Shown here one piece after another: positions 49,503-61,123 of a stretch of 64,000 nucleotides of DNA. Each line of letters starts with the position of its first letter. Positions within the stretch are counted from its first letter, which is position 1. Made by a program: the position numbers and the translations under genes. Below the pieces are notes generated by a model. That model worked only from the letters and a program-made list of their open reading frames with translations. It made no database searches and was not told the DNA's origin. Source of the DNA: Podarcis liolepis (taxonomy: Eukaryota); assembly GCA_965112155.1 (NCBI GenBank), contig OZ218107.1, one strand, 5' to 3'.

Positions 49503-51929
49503 CCATTATCTTATATGGTACAGCTTTTTTTGGATTGTGCCACTTTGCAATCCAGGTTGAGATGTAGTCCATATTGGGGAGTTATTGAAGGTTTTCCCAA
49601 ATATTTTCCCAAATATTCTACTTTGAGAGGTACAAAGGGTTGTTGACTTGGGGGGGGGGGGCACTGCAGCATGCATTTTCACCTTTATTCTGAAGTGGTA
49701 CAGTCCTAAAAGCACAGTGCAACATGGTGGGGAACGGGATCTGCATCTTTTTGAAGTTTTTGAAAGGGATGCGATATCTTTTGTTAGTTACCTAATGGGC
49801 TGAACGTGTTACCTCCTTTTTTAAAGCGCTAAAACCTGAGCACTCTTAAACCTCCAAGTTGTTCACCTCAAACTAAGCAGTAATTGGCTATGACTAACTT
49901 TTGTTTACCACCTGAGATGTTGCCCTATGTATCTTCCGTTCAGCTAGCTGCTCTCTACCTGAGCGTAATTGGGTATAAAGTACCTTTTCCTATGAGATGG
50001 ATTCTAAGCCCTGCTCGCTCCCGAAACCTAAATCTCTAAATCTTGAGTGGACACCAGTTCCAGTCTCCTCAACTTACTCTCTCCCAGTTATTACATCCTA
50101 TCATTGGCATTCTATCCTGTATACATTGAAACTTACTTGAGGACTTAAGTTGGAATAAATATAACTTGCAATAATGGAGCTGGAGTTTATTATAGGAGGC
50201 AGGACCCCCCCCCCAAAAAAAACACACCAAATCCAAATGTACAAATTAACAATAGCCAGACAATTTAAGCTGTTAAACAATTTTGTGTGATTTGTCCTCT
50301 TCCATAAATGCTAACATATAAATTGGCTCAGAACCTGATGGTTTTTATGTTGTACAAATGTAATTCACCTACATCTGGCCCTATACCATTTTCCAGGCAG
50401 AAATAAGTAGAGGTTTTAAACTCAAGGTTCATACTTGCATCAAGGAATGTCACTATTAGGTCGGTAACTGGTAAGACAGATACAGATGATTGTAAGAATC
50501 ATTAAGGCTTCCATACTATGTACGTGTGCCTGAGAATAGGTCTAAATTAACTCAGTGGGGCTTACTTCTGAGTAAACATGTATAAGATTGTGCTGCCAGA
50601 GCAACTTCTCAGACTTCCAAGTTTTTCATAGAATGAAACAGCATAAGATGGAGACATACATAATTGCTAGTATATCCTGAGGAGAGGGCCTGACTCAGTC
50701 ACCAGTTCTTACTAATACATTATCGTCTTAACTCACTACTCTCAGTCACACTTCTTTAGTGCCTACTGTAGCAAGAGACCTCTATTGGTAAATATAGTTG
50801 GTGCACCATCAAAACAAAAATAAAATAACAAATGCTCTAACTTAACCTGTGTCTTTTTAACTTTTGTGCAAGTTTGTTATATTTTACACTTGTTCTAATC
50901 CTTCATTTCATTTTCTGATGCATAATACTGCTGTCAAGCGACATTTTTAGCTTCTTTTTAAAAATGCCTCTAGGTGTACACTTTGATCAGGAGCTTCCAT
51001 AGTGCTCTTCTTTACTCTGAGTTGAATGATGCTGGACTTTTGTTTTGCTTTTTGTATGCAAGAGCCACAGAAAATTTAGCACAGCTGGCCTCCTGACATG
51101 AAGAAATGTTATTCTAAGACGTGTGCCCCCAAAGCTTCTGTTTCTTCCTCCTTCCTGGCTGCCCCACCAGCAACAACCACCTCTTACAATGGGCAGAAAC
51201 CAGATGTTTAGGCTCCAGCTGACTCCCACTTCAGCCAATCAGATGAAAGTGGAGTAGAATTCCCTCCCCTGCATCAGACCACCTCATATCCATTGAGATG
51301 TAGGCAGAACCTCCTAATCAGACCAGAGCTATCTAATCAAAATTGCCAGCTTTTAAGCCTCTAGCATAGTGTTGCTTCTCAAAGCTGCCACATAACTTTG
51401 CAACTGTCTGCCAAGAGCTGATACCACGTAATTCAAAATTTACATTACCCCATGCTGTGAAACTTACCATTTTTTAAAAGCAAACTTTACAATATGCTTA
51501 AACAAATGGCAATTTCACCACAGTAGCATTCTATATTGGATCTTAATTAGGTTTCAAACCCTGATCTAAACCCAAATAAAAAAGAAAATAGGAAATAAAA
51601 TAGCACTGAGATGAGAAGGGCCCTCCATCTTTCTTGTAGCTATGTGTTTAGCAAGTTTTAAACTGGGATAACTTTTATAACTCTTGAGGTCCAGATGACT
51701 AGATGTTTGTGCCCCTTGGAATGTAGCCTGCAAGTTCGTTCTTTCTTCAAAGGAGCTCAAGATGGCCTTGTCAGCTGCACGTTTTTGCCATTCTGAGATT
51801 TGTGAAGGGTGGGATGTAAATCAATGTGCTGTGAAGGTGACTTGTTTTATCAAGCATGATCATGTGATAAGGATGCTCATCACATCTAGATTCTTGCTTA
51901 GCTCAGGGATTTTCCTACATAGAAGAAGA

Positions 51930-52169
51930 AGAGGAGTTTGGATTTGATATCCCGCCTTTCACTCCCCTTCAGGAGTCTCAAAGCGGCTAACAATCTCCTT
52001 TTCCCTTCCTCCCCCACAACAAACACTGTGAGGTGAGTGGGGCTGAGAGACTTCAGAGAAGTGTGACTGGCCCAAGGTCACCCAGCAGCTGCAGGTGGAG
52101 GAGCGGAGACGTGAACCCGGTTCCCCAGATTACGAGACTACCGCTCTTAACCACTACACCACACTGGCT
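51930..52169 (-). mobile_element. tRNA-derived SINE (Squam3-like)
   Basis: Minus-strand head AGCCAGTGTGGTGTAGTGGTTAAGAG (A box), GGGTTCACGTCTCC (B-box-like), MIR-like core, (CTT)n tail. Confidence 0.85.
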
Positions 52170-52224
52170 AGGTGTGGTAAGCCAGCTGTGATTTTGGAAG
52201 GTCCTTTACTGGGGCTTCCTCGTG

Positions 52225-52225
<1 letters not shown>

Positions 52226-52270
<45 letters not shown>
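52226..52270. repeat. (TG)n microsatellite
   Basis: About 22 perfect units. Confidence 0.98.
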
Positions 52271-52273
<3 letters not shown>

Positions 52274-52463
52274 TACTATTCAACAATGACATAAAAATGC
52301 AACCTATGGGGGAATAATGCACATTGGACTTGGAATGTATAGTAATAGCCAATCACCAGCCATTTTCTCTGAACATAAAAGCCCTGCATCAGACCGTGTC
52401 CATCTACACTAGAAACCTACTTCCAACAGAAGCTGTGACCAGCTTCTGCCACTCTGCATAGAA

Positions 52464-52784
52464 CAGGGGTCAGCAACCTTTTTCAGCCGTGGGCCGGTCC
52501 ACCATCCCTCAGACCATGTGGTGGGCTGGACTATATTTTTGGGAGGGAAATGAACAAATTCCTATGCCCCACAAATAATCCAGAGATGCATTTTAAATAA
52601 AAGCACACATTCTACTCATGTAAAAACACCAGGCAGGCCCTACAAATAATCCAGAGATGCATTTTAGATAAAAGGATACATTCTACTCATATAAAAACAT
52701 GCTGATTCCTGGACTATCCGTGGGCCAGATTGAGAAGGCAAATGGGCTGCATCTGGCCAATGGGCCTTAGGCTGCCTACCCCTG
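52464..52784. mobile_element. hAT (Charlie-like) MITE
   Basis: TIR CAGGGGT..GCA.CCT; exact TSD GCATAGAA; internal tandem duplication of about 70 nt. Confidence 0.88.
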
Positions 52785-54553
52785 GCATAGAAGATGCACA
52801 GGACTGGAAGACCGCTTATCTCCACATGTGCCTGTGTGTATGCTAAGATCTGCAGATATGCTTGGAAACATCATTTCAGCACCAGACAAAGACCTCTGTA
52901 TTTTCCAAAGCTTTTAAATCCTCTCTTGTGTTGCTGCTATTTGGTGTTTGATTTTAAAATTCTGCTAAGTCTGTTTATATTGCTTGTTAGTGTCTTTTAT
53001 GGTTTTGGTTTTTGGGGGTTAATTTGTCCTAATTTTAATCTTTTGCAAACTGCCCTAGTAAGGGCGTGGTATACAGAAACTATATGGAGTTTATATGCCC
53101 ATATTTCAAAAAACACTGACAAGCCAATGGTCATATAGTAATGTTAGCCATAGAAGTCTCATCTTAATTATGGAAGTGGCTGCTTCATTCTATAGCTGTA
53201 ACTATAACTATTTAGGTAACTCAAAGTCTTAAGAATATCATTAATCTCTGCGTTTTTAAACAGAAACAATGACTAAATCTGACTAAGCACACATAGTTGA
53301 GTATATGTGACTACAATTCTGTACAAAAGTACCTGAGTGAAAATGACTCTCTGCTTAAGGATATAGAAGATTAAAGCCTTAAATAAGATATGAGCCCCCA
53401 ACACCCATAGTTGTGTAATAGGAAGCAGAAGTAAGTGCAAAATACAGTCCTACAGATTCTTCCAGAGAATCTTCTATGTGATTCTCATTAAGTTGTTTAG
53501 ATCTTTCCCCTTATTAAAGCATGCCAAAATATAAGTTGTAGCAAAGATGATAGAATTTCATGCTTTAGGCTACTGCTGTTTCGTTACCACAACGGGACAG
53601 CGACAGAAGACATTTTGTAAAGATCAGGTAATTCTTTAAGCATAATATTATGGTTTCAAAACAGGTGTGCACATCCATCCATCCACTCACACAATGAAGC
53701 TTTTCCCTCACTGCAGCACCCTTCATACCCCTCTTGCCTTTCCTGCGAGTCAGAAAAGCTTGACATGGGATTCAAGGCTGCAATAGTGAGGAGAGAAAAC
53801 CCCATTGTGACTGGACTTTGCCTTGCACAAATTTCATTACAAGCCATTGATTATTTTACAGAAGGAAACATAAGAAACTGTTGCAGCTAAGTAGCAAAAT
53901 AGGTGAGAGCTGTCTATTCATAAATGTCTCCTATATCTCAATCCAGCAAAACCATTCTGCCATCTTATTGCATGTTTTACAAGAGACCAAAAAAATTCAC
54001 TGGCCTGGAAAAGAGAGAGAAAACAAACCTACTCATAAGAACATTGGTGTGTCTTTTGTCAAGTAAGGCAAGAGCATCTTCAAGTTGGAGATGCAGCTGG
54101 ATTCTAGTACACCTAAGTGGAATATTCTTCCCATTCATTCTGAGGCTATGATCAAAGCACACTTACAGGGAAGTAAACTCTTCTGTTTATGAAATTTGCC
54201 AGCTGCTTCGAACATTGTGAAATGTCTTCTTTTACACAGCACCCCTACTGCACAGAGGCAATTGTGTGAAGCACAAAAGCATGCTTTTATTGTTATCCCA
54301 GGTTTTGTTCCTATAATGCTACAGTGTGACAAATATATTTTCTGGCACTGTGTTCTTTTTCCTCCCTTGACCTATTTTCTTCCTCAACAGGAAGATTGCG
54401 CCCCTTGGAAGAGGGTAGATGAGATAAAAGTAGGATGATGTGTTAAGACTTGGTGATTCCTGACTGTTTGAGTTTGTACAGTAGTTTAATGTCAATTCAG
54501 TTCACACTGGGCAGCTTAGGGGCAGGAGAAAAATGAGGAAGTGAAGGCAAATA

Positions 54554-54841
54554 CAGTGGTGCCCTGCAAGACGAATGCCTCGCAAGACAGAAAACTCGCT
54601 AGACGAAAGAGTTTTCCGTTTTGGAGGTGCTTCGCAAAACGAATTTCCTATGGGCTTGCTTCGCAAGACGACAATGTCTTGCGAGTTCCTGCTGGTTCCC
54701 CCCCCCCTTTTTCTAAGCTGCTAAACCGCTTATCAGCTGATCCGATCAGCAGATAAGCCGCTAATAGCGCTAATCCGTCAATGGGCCGCTAGACGAAGAG
54801 AATCACAGAACGGATTCTTTTCGTCTTGCGAGGCACCACTG
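54554..54841. mobile_element. Tigger/pogo-like MITE
   Basis: TA TSD; same TIRs as 24473-24725, in the opposite orientation. Confidence 0.88.
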
Positions 54842-54926
54842 TACTAGTTAACATATCGCATTAAGCATATACATTTATTACAATGCTTGAATCTTAAGAG
54901 CACAAAAAGGTTCCTATTAGCTAGAG

Positions 54927-55023
54927 CAGGGTTTCCCAAACTTTCTCCAGCTGTTTTGGAACCACAATTCCCATCATCCCTGTAGTCCAGCAACAGCAGG
55001 AGACCCAAGTTCGCAAAACCCTG
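54927..55023. mobile_element. Degenerate palindromic hAT MITE
   Basis: Shares CCAGCTGTTTTGGA..CAATTCCCATCATCC with 22776-22902; partial TSD ending TAGAG. Confidence 0.7.
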
Positions 55024-55464
55024 AAGTAGAGTAAACTAAAGCATTTTAAAATGCTTGCCTGCAGTGTTTCATTTGTAAGATAGAAAAGCATCAAATTTAT
55101 ACAAGAAAGATCACTATCATTGAATCTTTTGCAGATTTTGCAAGCAATGATCCAACTAGGGCCTGCGTGCTTTGTAACTGTTGTGTTCCTCTCAGTATTA
55201 CAACATGATTAGTTGCAAGTAAACCCACTTTGTGTACAAAAATATTACTTCTGTGCCTTCAGCTCACTGTCTGGAGAATAAAGTGACTATTGAGAATGCA
55301 GAAGTTGGCCATCTGTTCCCAGCCGTTTACAGAAAAGCCATTTCAATTTAGTTTTGTGCAATGGCAAGTTCTATAGTGTAATGACTCAACACGCTAGACA
55401 CAAACTTGACACATGCACTCACAGAAGGATAAATAGAGAGAATACTTGGAAAATATTTTGATTA

Positions 55465-55470
55465 TTTATT
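55465..55470 (-). terminator. TMEM60 candidate polyA signal
   Basis: AATAAA on - about 190 nt after the stop; an alternative lies at 54874-54879. Confidence 0.55.
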
Positions 55471-55658
55471 TACAGTATATACATATAAATCAGATAGCTG
55501 TGCTCCACACATTGAAGAGTCTAGTCCAACGGCATATAGAATGTCAACATACAGCTGTTACTTGTAGTTCCTTTGGGTGCTGTAAACTTATAGCAAGCTA
55601 ATGTTGTTAAGGAATGTGATGCTGGCTGATGAAAGGATGAACCCAGTCTATGGACAAG

Positions 55659-56063
55659 TTATTCCCTTCGTACATAGAAGATGTTGTATCCAAGTTCTAT
55701 TATCCCTCCAATGAGCAACACCCAAAAGGGAATAAAGACATAAACTAGCTTTATTTCAGCAAGTTGTTCCAATTTTGCACAGAGGGCGAGGCAGAAGGCC
55801 AACTTAAGCAGCATTGCTACAAGGTACCAAGCTTTCTTCTTGAGGTGACGGGACCCATTTCGGGGGTCATAGCCAGACTTACAACGGCGAGCCATTTTTA
55901 CAATTATCATAACTAGAAGAATAGTATCAAATATCCAAACTGGGATAAATATGAGAAACCAGTTCCATGGTGCCTTTTCATCCAATTTCAACACTAACAT
56001 GATCAGGAACAGCAATGTGAAGAGCCATGTGAGCAGCACTCTCTGCGCCAAGGACATTCTCAT
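55659..56063 (-). CDS. TMEM60: Transmembrane protein 60 (134 aa, single coding exon)
   Basis: MRMSLAQRVLLTWLFTLLFLIMLVLKLDEKAPWNWFLIFIPVWIFD.. is recognisably TMEM60, with four hydrophobic segments. Upstream acceptor ttctgctttatcctag puts the exon start at 56109. Confidence 0.96.
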   Translation of the reverse strand: MRMSLAQRVLLTWLFTLLFLIMLVLKLDEKAPWNWFLIFIPVWIFDTILLVMIIVKMARRCKSGYDPRNGSRHLKKKAWYLVAMLLKLAFCLALCAKLEQLAEIKLVYVFIPFWVLLIGGIIELGYNIFYVRRE

Positions 56064-56579
56064 TTAAACAGCTTTAGTGGGTGGTTGGCAAAAGTAGAAA
56101 AGATGGACCCTAGGATAAAGCAGAACAAAAACAAATGGACTGGGGAGATATCAGTAAGTCTAGCAAAAACAAACAAACCACACACCATCAAGCTAGGTTT
56201 ATAAATGAAGCTTCACCCAACTTGCAATTTAAAAATAAAGAAAACAGTCTCTGGGCCAAGTCTAGTTTTCATTTGTGGCTGGATTCAACTTATTAGTTCC
56301 ACTTGTAGAAGCTCACACAAGGACTTCCACTAGTGCAATGCCCCCCCCACTGCCCCCAAAAGTGGCTTGTGTGTCTGTCAGGAAAACCCCAAGAACAGTG
56401 CAAGGTGGGAGAAAATGGGAGATTATTCAATTGAGCAAGAAGAAATGCCTCTGCAGATGGAGCAATCTTAGCGCTATGCTCCCTTTATCTCCCATATGTT
56501 GACTTAAGCAAAAACAGTTGTGCCTGCCATTTTTATATGAAGCCATATAAGGTTACATGTTTGCTATTCACTTAGAAAA

Positions 56580-56830
56580 CCCCGAACGACTTAGGACCAG
56601 GTTACCTGAAAGAACACCTTTCCTCGTATAGACTTGCCCGCTCTCTAAGAACTTTGCATGAGGCCCTCTTGGTTGTGTTGCAGCCTGCTGAAGTCCATCT
56701 TGCAGCAATGTGGAGGAGGGCCTTTTTGGTGGTGCTGGCAGCCAGCTTGTGGAACAATCCCTCCTCTGAAATAAGGCAAGCACCAGCTGTAATATGCTTC
56801 AGGTGCTTGCTAAAAACATACTGTTATCTT
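56580..56830 (+). mobile_element. L2 3' fragment
   Basis: RRAFLVV.A.SLWN.P.EIRQAP..FR.LLKT, typical of the L2 ORF2 end. Confidence 0.6.
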
Positions 56831-58132
56831 CCTTCAGGTCTGCATAATATGTTACCCCTAGACTCTTAAATCCAATTGTTGGAGGAGAAAAAAGTCTGTG
56901 GCCACATGGTACAGATGTTGGAAAACACAACAGAAAAACATTAAGGCTCATTAACAAAGGAACCAAATGTCATGACTGACTGGCACGACAGCTCCCTGCT
57001 CATGCTGTCAGTGTGTGGTGGTCAGGTGCAAAGGTGAGTCAAACAAACTGGAACAGGCTGGGCAGGAGGTGGGCACTGGAGGAGAAATGCTCAACCAACC
57101 AGAGGATAAAGGTGTAGCAAAAATAGCATGTTTAGAGGGAGTTCCAAGCAGGAAGGGAGCAAAGATGGTGAAGGAGCAGCGGTAAAATAAAAGAATAAAG
57201 AAACAGGCAATGGGCAAGCTTCAGCAAGCAACTTAGGACACAGGCTGGGATGAAGGAAAAAGCAGGAATTCCAGGGCTAGCCACTGGTGGAGGAAAAGTG
57301 CCGGTATTAACTGAAGGAATGGACAAGCTATTTAAACACCTGATGGTGGAGGGATTAATGGGGAAGCAAGACCACTTAAATAAACACATCTTAGAAAGGC
57401 TCTGAGGATGAGAAGGACTTGAAACGTGTCCAAGGGTCAAGGTACTTTCTGAAGGCGAGATAACCTCTGAGGCTCTGAAAACCCTTTTGATCCACAGTTG
57501 GAAGGAAGGTGGACACTCACACCAAACTATAGTAAAGCTCATATGTTTCTCTTGTGCTTTTGAACTCCACATATTAATTCTACAAATTAGGGAGAAATAA
57601 TTTCACTCAGCCTGATTCTAACCATACTGCTCAGAAGTAAAATATGCTTAGGACTACGGCCTTAAAATGTTATAACTATCAGTTATATTTTTGCACCCAC
57701 CAAGGAATCTGGTGATCTATTTCTTGCTGGTACCATATCAAAATAGCTGTATAACAGCAACTCAACATATATCCCATATTACAATTGTGGGTAATTTTTA
57801 CACCCACCCTTTTCTCCAGATTTGGATTTTGAGAATTTTTTTGGTAGACTGAGATACCTTTTATGCAAGATTTTCCAGACCACTGGTACCACCCCCTAAC
57901 AATTTCTTATAAATCATAGTGTATTAGACATTTTTTGTACACTGCTTCAGCATCCAGACATTGTAAAACAGCATGCAAAATTAATGAAGGCACTAAAATT
58001 ATTTATTCCACTTTGCTTTTGTAAGCAATAGTTATGTATATGGTTGTCAAGAGAAAGGCAGTCATTTGCTTGTGATGACTGCGGAGAATGCTGGACCATC
58101 TAATGTAGAAAGCTACTCCTCAAGCAAGATGG

Positions 58133-58231
58133 CATATTCAGGAACACTTAGCATCAGATTGGTTATGCCTTATTAGTTAAGCCTTAACTAATAAGGCATA
58201 ACCAATCTGATGCAAAGGGATCCTGAATATG
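58133..58231. repeat. Long inverted repeat (49-bp arms, 1-nt spacer)
   Basis: 46/49 complementary; the inner 31 bp are perfect. Confidence 0.95.
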
Positions 58232-59204
58232 TAATCTCACACTCATAGCTAGGGGCAGGGAACAGAATCCTAATAAAAGAAGGCAGGCTGCAAAAGACTT
58301 TATTTAAAGATTATAGGGCAATGGTTGCCTTGGTCCTACTTTTTATGACCGTTTAGATATTTAATTTTTATATTTCAGGATCTATGGATCTCCCTGCCAC
58401 AGTATCTCAAAAGTACCTCAGTGTGACCTTTTCCTACTGCCAGCTTAGAATGCTTTTAAAATTTAAATAAAAGAATACATGTACAGTACCCTTAAAGCCT
58501 CCTAGTAGCTAGGAATAATAGGTTTGGGTGTGAAACTGACACCAACAATGGAGACAAAATGTTTCTTAAATACATAAGGGAATACAGTACTGATACTTAG
58601 TTTTGGATGTTAAAAATGCTTGATGACCGTTTCTATGGACTCAAAGGATACTGTTGCAGACACCTGTCAAATTCCCTTGATTTCTTGGTCTCTGCCCCAG
58701 CCAAATTCTCACAATCCTGTCCCGCTACTGGATGCAATCTGCCTCTGACCCCAAAGCTCCTCTGACTGTACTTCTAGCAGCTTGAACAGTTCAGCTGATT
58801 TTTTAAAACCATTTTTTGGCAAGACCTTAACATAGGGTAGCCTTTTGGTTCCCTTCTTCTGAAGCAAAGTACGTATAGTTACCACACTGCAGAGGAATAG
58901 CTGAATATTCAGATGTCAACCATTCACCTCAGCTCAGTCTTTCCCTCGCACCTCCATCACCAACCAACTTCCCAAATGCCATTATTTCTCCCCACTGACT
59001 TTCTTTGCTGATGAGAATTTGCAGCCAATCAGACTGTGCTGCTTTCTATACCAGTAAAAACAAATTTACCTAAGGCAGGCTCCATCTATAAATACTGAAA
59101 GGATGGTGTCTCTCTACCTGCTTTCTGATCCAATCGCCAAGCACATACTGCTTACTTAGGCCTGCAACACAGTAGCAGCACAATGCCTCAAACTTTGACA
59201 GTTG

Positions 59205-59359
59205 CATAGCTGTCAACCTTCCCTTTTCTGGCAGGAAATTCCCTTATACCAGCACCGTTTCCCGCTGCTATCCCGGATTGTTAGATATCCTGTAGACTGT
59301 CCCCAGGACAGGTGAGGCTGCTGATCCCTTATTTTCAAATCTGAAAGTTGACAGCTATG
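59205..59359. mobile_element. TIR MITE with CATAGCTGTCAAC ends
   Basis: 13-bp perfect TIR; flanks CAGTTG and CAGTTC (possible 6-bp TSD). Confidence 0.75.
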
Positions 59360-59916
59360 CAGTTCCTATGCTCTGACATCAACAGAGGCCACAGAACCAT
59401 TTCCCAAAGCACAAAACATACATATGAGAAGTGCAAAACGCAACATTTATTGGCACAGCTCCTTCCCACTGAGCCCTTGGCTAGGAACTAGATCACCTTA
59501 AGGGGGAGAATAGCTCTAATTTTCTTTTTAGGAAGCCTTATGAGCCATGAGTGGACGCTCTCCCCCTGAATTGCTTTTAGCTTGCTAGAAACTATTCTTG
59601 CAGTTTTTATGCCTTTTTAAAAAAGCGATTTGTGAAATATATGGTTATTACCCCACTTTGAGGGCAACGACTGAATACACTCAGGTCAGGAAAAACCCCA
59701 TCCAAGTGTATTCAGAAGTAATGTTCTACTGACTTCAATGGGACTTGCCCCCGTGGAATGGTATCTCCCGGCCCCCCCGGGGGGGCTCAACCATAGCAAG
59801 CAAGAGACAGGGAATCTCTGAGGGGACATACCAACGGGGACAAAAGGGGGGGAGGAAAGGACTCCACAGCCACCACCGCCCTGAGCTAAATACCCCATTA
59901 ATTCCAAATTACCCAC

Positions 59917-60070
59917 CGGTCACGCTTCCGGCGTGCCTCGCAGCCGCCGCTGCCCTAGGACGGGGCCCCAGAGACTCGCTTCATCACCGCCCACCGCTCG
60001 AGGCCTCGGGCAAACCAGCCAGAAAAGAGGAGCCGACGTCTAAGCTGCTCCGACAGCCCCAGAGCCGACC
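59917..60070 (-). other. TMEM60: TMEM60 putative non-coding exon 1
   Basis: CpG-island edge with a minus-strand donor CCG|gtgggt (59916-59911; alternative gtaatt 4 nt further on). The start is estimated from the adjacent CCAAT and CRE motifs. Confidence 0.5.
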
Positions 60071-60589
60071 GGCCGATGAGATATACGTCACATCCCGCAC
60101 GACACGCTCATTGGTTGCAGAAGGTGCCTGTCATGTCGCTTGCTCCAAGCCTATTGGGTTGTCCGCATCGAATCCCGCCTCGCGGGCAGCACGCCTTCGC
60201 TAAGTGCCCATTGGACAGGCCTGAGGAAGATTCCCCCCCCCTCCTTATCCATTTCTGTCGAAGCGTGACTTACTACGCTCTCTCCTCCCTCTCCTCCTAC
60301 TCGCGGGAACAGCTGCCCATCACAGCCGCTTTGAAAAAGCCCGTTTTGCGGCTACCAATCGCTTTTCGCCGAGGGGCCGCTTTCTTTGGCGCCATTGGGT
60401 GAAACGCTCGCTGAAACCGCCTCGGCCCCGCCTTCTCCAGGGGCTCGCCGTCCAATGAGGAAAGTTGTTTATGTTGAGGCCGTCGGCGTCGAAGAGAGCG
60501 GCCGCCGCGCGCGCGCCGCATCCCTCCCCCCTCCCCTTCCTCGGAGAGAGAGAGAGGGAGAGCGAAGGAGGGGCGATGATTGACGGGCC

Positions 60590-60800
60590 GCCTTTCCCGC
60601 GGCAGCGCGCTGTTGCTGCCGTCGCGAGCGCGCGCGCCCCCGGAGCCGCGAGCTGTTGCCTCGCGCGGGCGGCTCGTGCCCTTCTCCGCTGACTGAGGGG
60701 ACGGACGGGCTGACAGGCAGGCGGACGGTTGCCTCGGCGGCGCGCGCCCCCCTCCCCCGCCGCTCCCCTTTCTGCCGCGTGAGGCGAACACGGAGACCCG
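60590..60800 (+). other. PHTF2: Putative non-coding first exon of the divergent gene (PHTF2 by synteny)
   Basis: GC-rich leader ending at donor CCG|gtgaga (60801). The name rests only on the known RSBN1L-TMEM60-PHTF2 gene order; the start is approximate. Confidence 0.5.
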
Positions 60801-61001
60801 GTGAGACTCGAACCCCGCTCCCCCCGCGCGAGCGCTGAGGCGACCGAGGGGGAGGGATGCATGGCGGGGGTCTCTCCCAGAGCGCGGGAAGGGACGGCTG
60901 AGGGGAAGGGCCAGGGGGCGGCGGCGGCGGGGTGGGGATGTCCAGAGGCGCCTCCTGCCCTGGGAGGGGATCGGGTCCTTATTGCGGCGGGGGCTGAGCC
61001 T

Positions 61002-61123
61002 CAGTGGCGTAGCGTGGGGGGGTGCAGGGGGGGGCCCGGCCGCACCGGGCGCAACATCTGGGGCTTAGGGGGCGCAAATTACTTGCCTTGCCCCGAGTGC
61101 TGACAACCCACGCTACGCCACTG
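61002..61123. mobile_element. hAT (Tip100-like) MITE inside the CpG island
   Basis: TIR CAGTGGCGTAGCGTGGG; exact TSD CTGAGCCT; same family as 25944-26091. Confidence 0.93.

Noticed and set aside
56968-57572. Purine-rich block and 146-aa ORF in the TMEM60 intron as an LTR or gene
   Set aside because: No definable TG..CA ends, TSD or recognisable protein motif.
14348-59020. Other CTGATGA occurrences (for example near 14348, 15953, 41566, 55626 and 59008) as hammerheads
   Set aside because: None has a stem II followed by GAAA and a closing stem I.
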